Of a DNA stretch of 64,000 nt, positions 18,697 through 27,083 are shown piece after piece. The notes under the pieces are model-generated. The model saw nothing but the letters and a program-made list of their open reading frames with translations, did not search any database and was not told the origin of the DNA. Position numbers and translations under genes: made by a program. This DNA is from a virus. The stretch lies in IMG/VR virus record IMGVR_UViG_3300028841_000107. One strand, given 5' to 3'. Position 1 is the stretch's first letter, and every line of letters starts with the position of its first letter.

Positions 18697-19040
18697 TTGG
18701 TCTCGGCTCCCGTCTTGACGATCTCCACCGGCAGGGTGAGCTGCTGGGGGTCGTCGGCGACGAGCGTCCCGCGCTTGTCGAGGTACGCCTTCACGGGGAG
18801 GGCGCCCTTCTCCGGGATCTTCGTCTTGACGTTGCTGGAGAGGGCCACCTCGTCATCGCCGAGGGGCTGGAGGGTTACGGTGATGGTGAAGGAGGACTTC
18901 TTCCGGGTCGAGGCGGAGGCCCGGGCGCAGTCGGCGAGCGCCTCGTCCAGGGTCTCGACCAGGAAGCGGTTCTTCCCCTTGTAGGGGTTCTCGACGGTCG
19001 CGGCGAGCGCCGAGAACGTCATGACGGTGTCTTGGCTCAC
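18693..19040 (-). CDS. Hypothetical protein, 115 aa
   Basis: GTG 19040 in a GTGA overlap; non-repetitive, balanced composition. Confidence 0.6.
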   Translation of the reverse strand: MSQDTVMTFSALAATVENPYKGKNRFLVETLDEALADCARASASTRKKSSFTITVTLQPLGDDEVALSSNVKTKIPEKGALPVKAYLDKRGTLVADDPQQLTLPVEIVKTGAETK

Positions 19041-19234
19041 TTCTTCTTCGCTCCCTTCTTGGGCTTGGCGGTGGGGATGGGCTGGACGACGTACGCGCTG
19101 GCCTGCTGGACCTGGGTGTAGCCGATCTGGTTTCCGTTCTCATCCTCCAGGTCCACGTGACGCGTCTTCCTGAGCACCCCGATCGAGAGGTCGGTGGTGA
19201 TCTCCAGCGAGAGGTTGACCTTTCTGGGCTTCAT
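19037..19234 (-). CDS. Hypothetical protein, 65 aa, Lys-rich tail
   Basis: ATG 19234 in an ATGA overlap with the stop of 19231..19554. This is the C-terminal part of track ORF 19037..19789 (MKPRKVNLSLEITTDL...). Confidence 0.55.
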   Translation of the reverse strand: MKPRKVNLSLEITTDLSIGVLRKTRHVDLEDENGNQIGYTQVQQASAYVVQPIPTAKPKKGAKKK

Positions 19235-19554
19235 GACTTCTTCGCTCCCTTCTTCTTGGTGTTCTTCTTCGGCCGCAGCCGCGAGACGTCCGGCGCCCCG
19301 AGCTGGATGCCGTAGGTCTTCCGCGCGTAGGAGATGGCCGCCGTGCCGGGCCACTTCGGGTCCGTCGCGAGCTTGCGCCGGATGTCGGCCAGGCACGTTT
19401 GCCTGTCGATGCCCAGATCGCGCCGGACGGCACGGATCATCGGGCGGGTCGCGCCCTTGACGCGCTCCAGCACCTCCGCCTCGGTCCGGTACTTCTGCTT
19501 CTTCAGGATGGCCTCCACCCGTTCGGCGGGGGTCCTCCGTTTGTTCGTTGCCAC
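19231..19554 (-). CDS. Hypothetical basic protein, 107 aa (possible DNA-binding)
   Basis: GTG 19554 lies directly after the upstream TAA. Basic termini (KRR.., KKNTKKKGAKKS). Confidence 0.55.
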   Translation of the reverse strand: MATNKRRTPAERVEAILKKQKYRTEAEVLERVKGATRPMIRAVRRDLGIDRQTCLADIRRKLATDPKWPGTAAISYARKTYGIQLGAPDVSRLRPKKNTKKKGAKKS

Positions 19555-19896
19555 TTACGCTTCCTCCTCTTCTCTGCCGATGTAGCTGATCTTGACCTTG
19601 ATGTCCGGCCTCTTCTTCAGGAGCGCCCGAGCCCGTCTCTTCGCCCGTGTCCAGCCCGTCGGCGTGTACGCCTTTCGCTGTAGCCTGCGACCCTCGCGCC
19701 GCTGCGAGCGGCCCCGCCGGCCCACCGGAGCCTCGGCCACCATCAGCATCCCGCGGTACGCGAATGCCTGCCGGGGGTGCATGTACCACGTCCAGGTCCC
19801 CGCATCGAACAGGTCAACACTGAGCGCCGCGTTCATCTTAAACACGAGCGGATGCATGGGCGGCTCTGGCTTCGGGCGGTCCGCACGCGGAGTCAT
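19555..19896 (-). CDS. Hypothetical protein, 113 aa
   Basis: ATG 19896, 9 nt after the upstream stop; basic C-half. Confidence 0.5.
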   Translation of the reverse strand: MTPRADRPKPEPPMHPLVFKMNAALSVDLFDAGTWTWYMHPRQAFAYRGMLMVAEAPVGRRGRSQRREGRRLQRKAYTPTGWTRAKRRARALLKKRPDIKVKISYIGREEEEA

Positions 19897-19905
19897 GTTG
19901 GTAGC

Positions 19906-20727
19906 CTACCCAACTTCCTCCGTATCGGTCAACATCTTCCGCAGGTGCGGCGGGAGGTTGTCCTCGTCCTCCTCAACCGCCGGGTACGTCGCCATCACGA
20001 GATCCATCTTCTCCTTGTGCGGGAGGGTCTCAGCGAGGGCCTTCGGATCATCGAGAATGTGCTCCATTCGCGCCGAGTTGGGCATCATGTGGACCCGCCT
20101 TGCCCGCACCATCGCCCGGCTCGCGTTCGTCTCGCGCCGCGGAGTCCCTGTCTTCTTCAGGCTTCGCACGATGGTCCACTTGGACACCCCGTAGTAGTCG
20201 CCGATCTCCGAGACGTGGGCGCCGGCCAGGTAGCGCGCCGCGATCTCCTCATCGTTTGGGAGGGGGTCCGGCGGCACGATCAGGTGAGCCTTCTTCAACC
20301 GCTTGTGCGCGCCGAGGTAGGTCAGCCCGCAGGTGACCGCTGCGTCCCGCACGAGGACGGGCGGCTCCGCCCGGACCAGGGTTACGAGCTTCGCCGTGAT
20401 CGGGTCCAGCTCCTTCCGCGACTTCGGGACCGGGATCTTGGCCCGGGTGAGGGCCTTGCGGGCTACCGATGGACTGATCCCGAGCTCGAGCGCCGTCGCG
20501 CGCAGGTGCCGTAGGCGCAGGTAGGTCTCGACGATCTTCTCGGGGGCGACCTTCGGCGCCTGGTACGGAGGCTGCGGGAGCGGCCCCTCCCGGCCCGAGG
20601 TTCGGATCTGGAGGATTCGCTGCCGGGAGACGCCGAGGGCCTTGGCGAGCTGCGAGTCCGTCGTCTTCGGGCTCTCGGCCAGGATCCGGAAGACGAGGAC
20701 CCGGGTAGACGGCTTGGGGTCGGGCAT
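19906..20727 (-). CDS. Multi-helix-turn-helix DNA-binding protein, 273 aa
   Basis: ATG 20727 preceded by GAGGAGAG. At least four HTH-like segments (TDSQLAKALGVSRQRILQIR; ATALELGISPSVARKALTR; AAVTCGLTYLGAHKRLKK; VSEIGDYYGVSKWTIVRSLKK). The upstream extension of the track ORF is Arg/Gly-rich and overlaps a hairpin. Confidence 0.75.
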   Translation of the reverse strand: MPDPKPSTRVLVFRILAESPKTTDSQLAKALGVSRQRILQIRTSGREGPLPQPPYQAPKVAPEKIVETYLRLRHLRATALELGISPSVARKALTRAKIPVPKSRKELDPITAKLVTLVRAEPPVLVRDAAVTCGLTYLGAHKRLKKAHLIVPPDPLPNDEEIAARYLAGAHVSEIGDYYGVSKWTIVRSLKKTGTPRRETNASRAMVRARRVHMMPNSARMEHILDDPKALAETLPHKEKMDLVMATYPAVEEDEDNLPPHLRKMLTDTEEVG

Positions 20728-20783
20728 CGTAGACTCTCCTCGGTCGGGATCGGCATCCCGGCTCCTTCTCGCTCCCAGGCTCA

Positions 20784-20812
20784 GAGGGGCGCCCCGGGCG
20801 GGGGCGCCCCTC
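20784..20812 (-). promoter_or_regulatory. GC hairpin with GGGCG(+)/CGCCC(mRNA) pentaloop, 12-bp stem
   Basis: GAGGGGCGCCCC (20784-20795), GGGCG loop (20796-20800), GGGGCGCCCCTC (20801-20812). Sits between the stop of 20820..21149 and ATG 20727. Confidence 0.55.
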
Positions 20813-20819
20813 ACTCTCT

Positions 20820-21149
20820 TCACTCATGGAACGTCCATGACCACGGCTGGTGGGGGCGCTTCAGCGTTCGCTTTTTCTTGACCGGGCCACGCTTCGGCGG
20901 CCAGAGGCACTCCGGGCAGACGGACTCGATGTGGTCGAGCGTCTCCCCGTTGTAGTCCTCCTCGGTGAAGCGGGTGAAGCGGATGCGGCTCGCGCGGGGG
21001 CGCCTGCATCCGACGCAGCACCGGCCGTCCCGGGCGAGCACCATTCCACGAACGAGCTGCCCCCTCTCGGAGATCAGGTAGTCCACGAAGGACGGGTAGC
21101 CGAGGCGCGCGAGGGTCGCCTGAGCCTCGGCCCACTCCTCGCGGGTCAT
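20820..21149 (-). CDS. Cys-containing (zinc-ribbon-like) protein, 109 aa
   Basis: ATG 21149. Contains CCVGC...CPEC pairs and a basic C-terminus KRGPVKKKRTLKR. Confidence 0.55.
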   Translation of the reverse strand: MTREEWAEAQATLARLGYPSFVDYLISERGQLVRGMVLARDGRCCVGCRRPRASRIRFTRFTEEDYNGETLDHIESVCPECLWPPKRGPVKKKRTLKRPHQPWSWTFHE

Positions 21150-21581
21150 GGGAAGAAAACGCCGGGAGGTTGCCCCCCCGGCGCCGCCCCGTGAGTCTGG
21201 TAGACTCGCGGGTGACTATGCGGTACGTCGAGAGTATCAGAGGTCATCTTCCCCGCGAAGCGGGAAAACTCTCGGCACGGGTTGAGGTTACGCGCGATCT
21301 CCCGGCGGAATTGCGAGCGCGTAGGGGGTGGCTGGGCCACCTCCAGGGGGTGCAGCGGGGAGACCGCTGCATGGTGTACGGGGATGACGGCAAGATTTCG
21401 GGCACCGCGCTGACCGATTGCGACCCGAGACCCGGGACTCTGGTTTTCGCCTTGCTCCCCGAGACACTGCGGACGTCCTGCCCGGGCCTCGGACCCGTGG
21501 CAGACCAGCGCCGGTAGCCCTTCTCCCGCACGGTCAAGAGCGGAGGCACCGCCCGGGACCCCTCCGGGGAAGGAAATCGGT

Positions 21582-21854
21582 CTATCCACGGGTAGGCGGC
21601 CCGCTCTCGTGGATCGCCCGGCTCGCCCCGGCCATCTCCCGGACGATCGCCACCCACTCCATCGCGGCGATCCACCCCAGGACGATCACCGGAGCCCACC
21701 CCAGGCCCCGGAGTAGGAAGCCGAGGGCGGGCAGGCCGAGGGCCAGGACGACCCGCCAGGGGGCGACGTGGCGGGCGAGGGGGACAGGCAGGGGTAGCGC
21801 CGGCTCGGGGCGTGGCGCCTCCACGGGCGCAGCGGGCGGGGATTTCACGATCAC
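21582..21854 (-). CDS. Small membrane protein, 90 aa
   Basis: GTG start. Two hydrophobic spans (WRVVLALGLPALGFLL; APVIVLGWIAAMEWVAIV). Confidence 0.5.
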   Translation of the reverse strand: MIVKSPPAAPVEAPRPEPALPLPVPLARHVAPWRVVLALGLPALGFLLRGLGWAPVIVLGWIAAMEWVAIVREMAGASRAIHESGPPTRG

Positions 21855-21858
21855 GGGT

Positions 21859-22160
21859 CTAGTCCCTCCTCTCGCGGTAGTCGGTCAGCAGGGCGGCGAG
21901 GTCCATGCAGGGGTCGTGCGCCGGGCACCAGATGTCGTAGCTGTCCCCGGCGAGGACCGCGCCGAGGAGATGGAAGCCGTTCACGAGATCCTCTCGCTCG
22001 TCCGTGGAGTCGAGGATCTGCTGATAGAGGTCTAGGGCGACGGCGGGGCGGTCCGCTGGCGGGATCCGGTCGAAGGTGGCGGATCGGCAGGTCTTGCAGC
22101 CGCCGTACTTCTTCGGGTCCGGCGTGACGGAGATGAGGCGTCGGGCGGAGATCGGCGCAC
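21859..22160 (-). CDS. Hypothetical protein, 100 aa
   Basis: GTG 22160 immediately follows the stop of 22161..22493. This is the C-terminal part of track ORF 21859..22524 (VSAPISARRLISVTPDPKKYGGCKTCRS...). Confidence 0.5.
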
Positions 22161-22493
22161 TCACTTCGGCACCTCGGCACCATCGAGGTACTCGGATTCC
22201 CACGGAGCGATCCTCCGCCCGGCGTCGATGGCGGAGTGGGCGCAGGCCCGCGACCCGGGGGCTATCGCGGACCCGCACGTGTCGCACGTGTAGGCGTCGA
22301 GGGGGAGCGGAACCGGCCGGCCGTTCACCCGGATCTCCCGCTGCGACTTCTTCGGGTGGCGGGCGGTCCCCCAGATGAACCGCTCGAACTCGGCCGGCCC
22401 GTCGGGTCCGGCGGGCGTGACGCGCGTCAGGTTCTCCGGCGAGCGCGATCCGGAGGCGCGCAGGCCGCAGGGCAGGCAGAGAAGCGCCCTCAT
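22161..22493 (-). CDS. Cys-containing protein, 110 aa
   Basis: ATG 22493 abuts the upstream stop. Contains CLPC and CDTC pairs. Confidence 0.5.
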   Translation of the reverse strand: MRALLCLPCGLRASGSRSPENLTRVTPAGPDGPAEFERFIWGTARHPKKSQREIRVNGRPVPLPLDAYTCDTCGSAIAPGSRACAHSAIDAGRRIAPWESEYLDGAEVPK

Positions 22494-22739
22494 TCACATC
22501 TCCTGCGCGGGCGCCGCCCGGCAAATCACGGAGGGGACCGGCGGTGGCTCGAATCCGCCGAGCTTGCTCATGAGGCTGACGAAGACCTTGGCCTCGGCGT
22601 CCACGTCGCCCCCCTTGGCATGGATCAAGAGCGCGGCCACGGCGCCGAAGACAGCCGCTTCCGGGCAGATGGCGCGGAGGATCTCGGTCAACAGGCGCAC
22701 CTCATCGGGGGTAAGGGTGACGGGTTCTCTCGTGCTCAC
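22494..22739 (-). CDS. Hypothetical protein, 81 aa
   Basis: GTG 22739 in a GTGA overlap. Reads VSTREPVTLTPDEVRLLTEILRAICPE...; the upstream part of the track ORF is Arg-rich shadow. Confidence 0.5.
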   Translation of the reverse strand: MSTREPVTLTPDEVRLLTEILRAICPEAAVFGAVAALLIHAKGGDVDAEAKVFVSLMSKLGGFEPPPVPSVICRAAPAQEM

Positions 22740-22924
22740 GACAGCTCCAGCCAGCCCTGGACGACGCGGTCGCCCTGCAACTTCTCGAGGGCAGTGGCGA
22801 GGCTCCGGCAGCGCGCCGCGCGGGCGGGCGTGGCGATCTGCGCGTGTTCTCGCAGGGCGGCGGGGATGATGTCGAGGTCGTCTTCCTCGATCGTGATCTG
22901 GAAGCGGCGGGGTTCGTCGGGCAT
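22736..22924 (-). CDS. Hypothetical acidic protein, 62 aa
   Basis: ATG 22924 preceded by GAAGGAG. Reads MPDEPRRFQITIEEDDLDIIPAALREH... Confidence 0.55.
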   Translation of the reverse strand: MPDEPRRFQITIEEDDLDIIPAALREHAQIATPARAARCRSLATALEKLQGDRVVQGWLELS

Positions 22925-22998
22925 CGGTGGCTCCTTCTCGGGCGGTGGCTCTAACCGCTCGCGGAGGGCGCCCCACGCCGGGCGCCTACCGCCAGGGG

Positions 22999-23361
22999 TC
23001 AGAAGAGTGACGGCTGCGGGTCGTCCTCGCCGCACGGCACCATGCCGTCCAGGTAGGCTCCGCTCTCGATCTCGGCATCCCGCCGAATGGTGCGTTCGAG
23101 CTGGCGCTGCTCGTTCCCCAAGAACTCGTGGATCGCGTCTCTCTCGGCCTCGCTCAGCCCGAACGCCAGGGCGCGGCGCAGTGCCGGCCCGTGCGGCACC
23201 GGGATCGCGATGCACTCGGTCATCCGCACGCCGCCCGGCCCCTCCGCCACCTCGAAGAGCGGCGAACGGAACGGCGGCCAGAGCTCCGGATCGCGGTCGT
23301 AGTCGGTCACGTCGATCCCGTGCTGGGTGTAGCGAACGATCGGGGCGGGCGGCTTCTTCAC
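22999..23361 (-). CDS. Hypothetical protein, 120 aa
   Basis: GTG 23361 in a GTGA overlap with the stop of the pentapeptide gene. Reads [28 protein letters not shown]... Confidence 0.55.
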   Translation of the reverse strand: MKKPPAPIVRYTQHGIDVTDYDRDPELWPPFRSPLFEVAEGPGGVRMTECIAIPVPHGPALRRALAFGLSEAERDAIHEFLGNEQRQLERTIRRDAEIESGAYLDGMVPCGEDDPQPSLF

Positions 23362-24296
23362 GGGTTGTACTCCTGCGCTTCCTTCATCGTGATGAAGAAG
23401 TGGATCCCGTTGCTGCACTCGATCCGGACGTCATCGTTGAACGAGTCGGGGCGTGTTACCTCGCCGACGATATAGACGAGTCGCTTGAATCCGCAGGACT
23501 CCGCGCGCTCGATCTCGGAGCCGTCGGGCATCCTGATCGCCAGCGTGCGCACGGCCTCCGCCCGGCACTTCCGGCCCACGAGCGAACAGACACGCCGCGC
23601 GTTGTGGAGAATCTCCAGTTTCGCCACAGCGCCGCCGGCCAGCTTCTTGAACCCGATGAACGAGCCCTCTTCGGGAAGAATCCAGAACGAGGGCAGGTCG
23701 GCGCGCGAGAGGTAGGCGCCCGAGAGGTCGGCGCCCGAGAGGTAGGCGCCCGAGAGGTTGGCGCCCGAGAGGTCGGCGCGCGAGAGGTAGGCGCGCGAGA
23801 GGTAGGCGCCCGAGAGGTAGGCGCCCGAGAGGTAGGCGCCCGAGAGGTTGGCGCCCGAGAGGTAGGCGCCCGAGAGGTTGGCGCCCGAGAGGTCGGCGCC
23901 CGAGAGGTAGGCGCCCGAGAGGTTGGCGCCCGAGAGGTTGGCGCCCGAGAGGTCGGCGCGCGAGAGGTAGGCGCGCGAGAGGTAGGCGCCCGAGAGGTTG
24001 GCGCCCGAGAGGTTGGCGCCCGAGAGGTTGGCGCCCGAGAGGTCGGCGCGCGAGAGGTAGGCGCCCGAGAGGTCGGCGCCCGAGAGGTAGGCGCCCGAGA
24101 GGTTGGCGCCCGAGAGGTCGGCGCGCGAGAGGTAGGCGCCCGAGAGGTAGGCGCCCGAGAGGTTGGCGCCCGAGAGGTCGGCGCCCGAGAGGTTGGCGCA
24201 CGCTTTCGCGGCCTCCACCGCCGCGGCCTTAACGGTCGTAGCGGTCTCGCTCCGGTACAGCAGGCCGCCGTCCCATCGGTTATTGATCTCGATCAC
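23358..24296 (-). CDS. Pentapeptide-repeat protein, 312 aa, about 34 idealised A(D/N/Y)LS(G/R) pentads plus a C-terminal globular domain
   Basis: GTG 24296 in a GTGA overlap. Uninterrupted [20 protein letters not shown] run. The C-terminal ~110 aa ends ...[23 protein letters not shown], a GIHFF-type tail I recall from phage pentapeptide proteins (unverified). Confidence 0.85.
   Translation of the reverse strand: MIEINNRWDGGLLYRSETATTVKAAAVEAAKACANLSGADLSGANLSGAYLSGAYLSRADLSGANLSGAYLSGADLSGAYLSRADLSGANLSGANLSGANLSGAYLSRAYLSRADLSGANLSGANLSGAYLSGADLSGANLSGAYLSGANLSGAYLSGAYLSGAYLSRAYLSRADLSGANLSGAYLSGADLSGAYLSRADLPSFWILPEEGSFIGFKKLAGGAVAKLEILHNARRVCSLVGRKCRAEAVRTLAIRMPDGSEIERAESCGFKRLVYIVGEVTRPDSFNDDVRIECSNGIHFFITMKEAQEYNP
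23697..24191 (-). repeat. 33 tandem 15-bp units (GT[CAT]GGCGC[GC]CGAGAG on the + strand) encoding the pentapeptide array
   Basis: Direct reading shows that units differ only at two positions, the first bases of the D/N/Y and G/R codons. All three frames on both strands stay open across the array. Confidence 0.95.
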
Positions 24297-24529
24297 TTCT
24301 CGTCTCCTTCTCCCGGGCGGGCGGCCCAGGTTGGCGGGTTGATAGTAACCACACGGCCTCCGTTGAGGGTAGCCAATTTCTCGGCCAGGACGCGACCGCT
24401 GAACTCGGCGAAGTTGAACCTCCTGTTCGGATCGCGGGTCCAGACGTGCGAGGGGGCGAGCCACTCCCCGGCGTCGTTCACGATGACGAGCCAGGGTCGC
24501 GCCGGGGTCTCGGGGCGACGCGCGCTCAT
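24293..24529 (-). CDS. Hypothetical protein, 78 aa
   Basis: ATG 24529 in an ATGA overlap. Reads [30 protein letters not shown]... Confidence 0.55.
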   Translation of the reverse strand: MSARRPETPARPWLVIVNDAGEWLAPSHVWTRDPNRRFNFAEFSGRVLAEKLATLNGGRVVTINPPTWAARPGEGDEK

Positions 24530-24786
24530 TCGCCGTCCCCTTCCCACCCCTCGAACGCGAGATCCCTCATGCTGTCGATGTCGGCGCGCAGATCCTCGCC
24601 CGGCGTGTCGTCGTCGTAGGCGTGTCGGTAGATCCGTTCGAGGAGGTCTTCCAGGTAGTGAATGCGCCCGCGAATGACGGCGACAGTGTTCGGGCTCTCG
24701 ACTCCGAGCTTCGATTCCAGCACCAGCAGGGCCAGGGAACTCTCCTGCTTCGTCACGAACGGGAGACCGCTCGGGCGCGCGCTCAC
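24526..24786 (-). CDS. Hypothetical acidic protein, 86 aa
   Basis: GTG 24786 in a GTGA overlap. Tail of track ORF 24526..25431 ([28 protein letters not shown]...EGWEGDGE). Confidence 0.55.
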   Translation of the reverse strand: MSARPSGLPFVTKQESSLALLVLESKLGVESPNTVAVIRGRIHYLEDLLERIYRHAYDDDTPGEDLRADIDSMRDLAFEGWEGDGE

Positions 24787-25466
24787 TTGGCCACCAGCCG
24801 ATCCCGGATCGCGCGGGCGCGGTCCCACACCTCGTTCTCGTGCGGCCCGACGTAGGCGTCCCACTCGATCAGCTCGTTGAGGATGTCGAGGATCTCCTCT
24901 GGCGCGTCGAGAGGCGCAGTGCAGACGGGGCACGCTCCCTCGTGGAGCGGGGCGCCGCAGTCGTCGCACTCGCCCGCACACTCGTCCGTGTGGCCCCCGC
25001 CCTGCCAGCAGAAGCAGCCGGGGAAGCCGAGGTCCCAGACCTCGCCGGTCAGAGTCAGGACGGAGCCGTCCGCGAAGGTGTAGCGCGTCGAGTCGGACTC
25101 GTCCTCGCGGTCGCGTCGGCCGCCGGCCTCGCGGCACACGTCCTCGAGCTGGGCGCCGTCCGGATCCCGGAAGCGCAGGCCGTCGTCCTTGAAGCGGCGC
25201 GAGATCCGCTCGGCCGTCGTCTTCGTGTCGCACTCGCCCGGCCACTCGCAGGCCGTCGAGCCGCAGTTGACGCAGGGGATCTGGGCCTCGGGCGAGGTCT
25301 GGATCTTCACCCGGTCGCAGCCCTCGCACGGCACCGCGTAGGCGTCCACGAACGAGGCGCCGTGGTACTCCACCGCGTGACGGCAGGCGGCGCACAGCTC
25401 GCCGTCGGGTAGCGCCGGGAATGAGCCGCACGAGCGGCAGGAAGGGGCGGGGGTCGAGGTCGTCAT
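24783..25466 (-). CDS. Cys-rich multi-zinc-ribbon-like protein, 227 aa
   Basis: ATG 25466 preceded by GAAGGAG. About 18 Cys by my count, mostly in CxxC pairs (CRSC, CAAC, CEGC, CVNC, CDDC, CPVC). Confidence 0.7.
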   Translation of the reverse strand: MTTSTPAPSCRSCGSFPALPDGELCAACRHAVEYHGASFVDAYAVPCEGCDRVKIQTSPEAQIPCVNCGSTACEWPGECDTKTTAERISRRFKDDGLRFRDPDGAQLEDVCREAGGRRDREDESDSTRYTFADGSVLTLTGEVWDLGFPGCFCWQGGGHTDECAGECDDCGAPLHEGACPVCTAPLDAPEEILDILNELIEWDAYVGPHENEVWDRARAIRDRLVAK

Positions 25467-25484
25467 GGTCTTTTTGCTCCTTCT

Positions 25485-25503
25485 GGAACGCGGGCGGCGC
25501 TCC
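25485..25503 (-). promoter_or_regulatory. GC hairpin with GGGCG(+)/CGCCC(mRNA) pentaloop
   Basis: GGAACGC / GCGCTCC (one A-C mismatch) around loop GGGCG 25492-25496, 18 nt upstream of ATG 25466. Confidence 0.5.
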
Positions 25504-25551
25504 GGGAGTCCGGCGGGGGGATTGGACCCTCGCCGGCTACCCGCAGAGTCG

Positions 25552-25788
25552 CTAGGCGTCCGGGTTCTTCTCCAGAATCGTCCCGACCTTGATAGCGGCG
25601 AGCCCGTAGAGATAGCCACACCGCAGACCGCAGAACATCCCATCCCCGTAATCCCCGCGCCGTCTCTTTTCGATGGGTTCCTTCCGGTCATGCCAGTAGG
25701 CGCGAAGCGTCCGACCGCACCAGCGGCAGGTCCCCGGGAGACAGTCGGCAGCGAACTCGCGCCAGTGTGGGGCGCCGTAGAGCGTCAC
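25552..25788 (-). CDS. Small Cys-containing protein, 78 aa
   Basis: GTG 25788 in a GTGA overlap. Contains CRWC and CGLRC motifs. Confidence 0.5.
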   Translation of the reverse strand: MTLYGAPHWREFAADCLPGTCRWCGRTLRAYWHDRKEPIEKRRRGDYGDGMFCGLRCGYLYGLAAIKVGTILEKNPDA

Positions 25789-26015
25789 GCGACACCCCAG
25801 CGCATCGCCAGGCGCACGGGAACCTCGTGATCCTCGTCAACCGTGGCGGGGGAGCCGTAGTGGGTCCGGCCCTTCGCGAAGTTCTCAGCCTCGCGCCGGG
25901 TCCGGAAACGGTAGACGGAATCCCCGAGGTCGGAGCGCGGGTCTTCCGCAACGACGGTGTAGACGGTGCAGACGCGCTCGCTCGGGCGCCTGCGGTTCTG
26001 TCCAGCGGTTCTCAT
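25785..26015 (-). CDS. Hypothetical protein, 76 aa
   Basis: ATG 26015 abuts the upstream TAG. Reads ...VYTVVAEDPRSDLGDSVYRFRTRREAENFAKG... Confidence 0.5.
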   Translation of the reverse strand: MRTAGQNRRRPSERVCTVYTVVAEDPRSDLGDSVYRFRTRREAENFAKGRTHYGSPATVDEDHEVPVRLAMRWGVA

Positions 26016-26288
26016 CTAGTTCACCTGCATCATTTCGTCGGTCGGGTTGACGATCGCCGGCCCAGCCGCTTCGGCCAGAGCCAGCCTCACGAGACGCCGG
26101 GCCACGGCGTAGCGGGCGCGGATGACGGGTACGGAGCCCGGGAGCATCGTCCGGTCCCGGGCCTCCATGCGGTTCAGGGCGCAGTAGGCCAGGGTCCCGG
26201 CATCCGCCCTGCCGCTCTCGAGGAGCCGCGCCGTCTCCGGGAAGCCGAGGGCCGCCAGGCGCGCGAGGGGTGAGGCGGGGCCGGTCAC
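26016..26288 (-). CDS. Hypothetical protein, 90 aa
   Basis: GTG 26288 in a GTGA overlap. Reads VTGPASPLARLAALGFPETARLLESGRADAG... Confidence 0.5.
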   Translation of the reverse strand: MTGPASPLARLAALGFPETARLLESGRADAGTLAYCALNRMEARDRTMLPGSVPVIRARYAVARRLVRLALAEAAGPAIVNPTDEMMQVN

Positions 26289-26743
26289 CGCGTCACCTCG
26301 GCCAGATATACGGCGTTGTGTTCGTAGATAGGCACGCCGCCCGCCTTCTTGATCGCCGTCCGGGCCGCGCCGAGGGTCGCGTGCGCCTGAAAGCCGCCGA
26401 GGTCTTCCAGACACGTCCCGCGCCCGATCCAGTCCGCCGGGTTGAACAGCCGCACGGTGTAGCGCCGCGCGTCCCGCCGCCGGTCGCTCCCCTCGAACTG
26501 CTCCGAGGAGATGAACGCCACACGGCCATCCGGGAGCCGGTTCAAGGTCTGCGACTCGTCCACGCGGCAGCGGAAGAAACGGAACGTGTCGCGGTCCCAC
26601 CAGTGGGACCCGGCGCCCGTCATCACGGCGCGGATGTCGTCCACCGAGTAGAGCTCCGTCCGGGCCGGGTAGTAGGTGCGCGGCTTGTGTCCGCAGGTCG
26701 GGCAGGTCGTGGGGGTGGTGGTGTCGGTCGTGCTCGTGCTCAT
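26285..26743 (-). CDS. Hypothetical protein, 152 aa
   Basis: ATG 26743 preceded by GAGAAGGAAGGG. Thr-rich N-terminus with CPTCG, then a globular-looking sequence. Confidence 0.65.
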   Translation of the reverse strand: MSTSTTDTTTPTTCPTCGHKPRTYYPARTELYSVDDIRAVMTGAGSHWWDRDTFRFFRCRVDESQTLNRLPDGRVAFISSEQFEGSDRRRDARRYTVRLFNPADWIGRGTCLEDLGGFQAHATLGAARTAIKKAGGVPIYEHNAVYLAEVTR

Positions 26744-26764
26744 GTTTTCCCTTCCTTCTCGAGT

Positions 26765-26779
26765 CGCCCGGGCGGGGCG
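26765..26779 (-). promoter_or_regulatory. GC hairpin with GGGCG(+)/CGCCC(mRNA) pentaloop
   Basis: CGCCC / GGGCG stem around loop GGGCG 26770-26774, 21 nt upstream of ATG 26743. A second 9-bp hairpin GGGGAGGCG/CGCCTCCCC lies at 26787-26811. Confidence 0.5.
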
Positions 26780-26825
26780 CTCGATCGGGGAGGCGCCCGC
26801 TACGCCTCCCCTGTCCAGCGTCCAG

Positions 26826-27083
26826 CTACAGCGTCACCCCGACCAGCCGCCCCGGGACCGGCGGGAAGATCCCCGAGAGAGCCGCCGCCTTCTCGACGGC
26901 GTCCCGGAGGGTCGGGTACATCAGCACGGCCGAGCACGTCTCGCCCGAGTCCGTGTCCACGAGGAGTACGGCGTACCCCGTCTCCGGCTCCGTCCGGCGG
27001 ATCACCCACGACTCCAGACCGTCCTCCCCGTTGATGAAGGACGCGACGAGCGAGCGGGGACGCTCGACAGCCGCGCCGCTCAC
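26826..27083 (-). CDS. Hypothetical protein, 85 aa
   Basis: GTG 27083 in a GTGA overlap. Reads VSGAAVERPRSLVASFINGEDGLESWVIRR... Confidence 0.5.
   Translation of the reverse strand: MSGAAVERPRSLVASFINGEDGLESWVIRRTEPETGYAVLLVDTDSGETCSAVLMYPTLRDAVEKAAALSGIFPPVPGRLVGVTL

Noticed and set aside
20463-20756. ATG 20756 with a consensus GAGAAGGAG SD just after the 12-bp hairpin, opening a 97-aa ORF out of frame with the multi-HTH gene
   Set aside because: The product is Arg/Ser-rich low complexity that overlaps a clearly real HTH frame starting at 20727 with its own SD. It might serve as a short upstream or overlapping regulatory ORF, but I cannot support it as a gene.
21146-21589. 147-aa minus ORF filling the 430-bp gap between 21149 and 21582
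   Set aside because: It shows poor codon bias, no SD and an unremarkable Gly/Pro/Arg-rich sequence. The gap more likely holds an internal promoter or processing region, but I found no convincing element.
23697-24206. Regular 15-bp tandem array that could be mistaken for a CRISPR or a non-coding satellite
   Set aside because: The units are contiguous with no spacers. The period is 15 bp (five codons), and the array is in frame within a GTGA-coupled ORF that reads a perfect pentapeptide-repeat consensus.
23358-24296. Diversity-generating retroelement target, since the N/D/Y variation arises from A/G/T at one codon position
   Set aside because: There is no reverse transcriptase or template repeat in the window. 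The second A of AAC never varies. The other variable site is G/C, which is inconsistent with adenine-specific mutagenesis.
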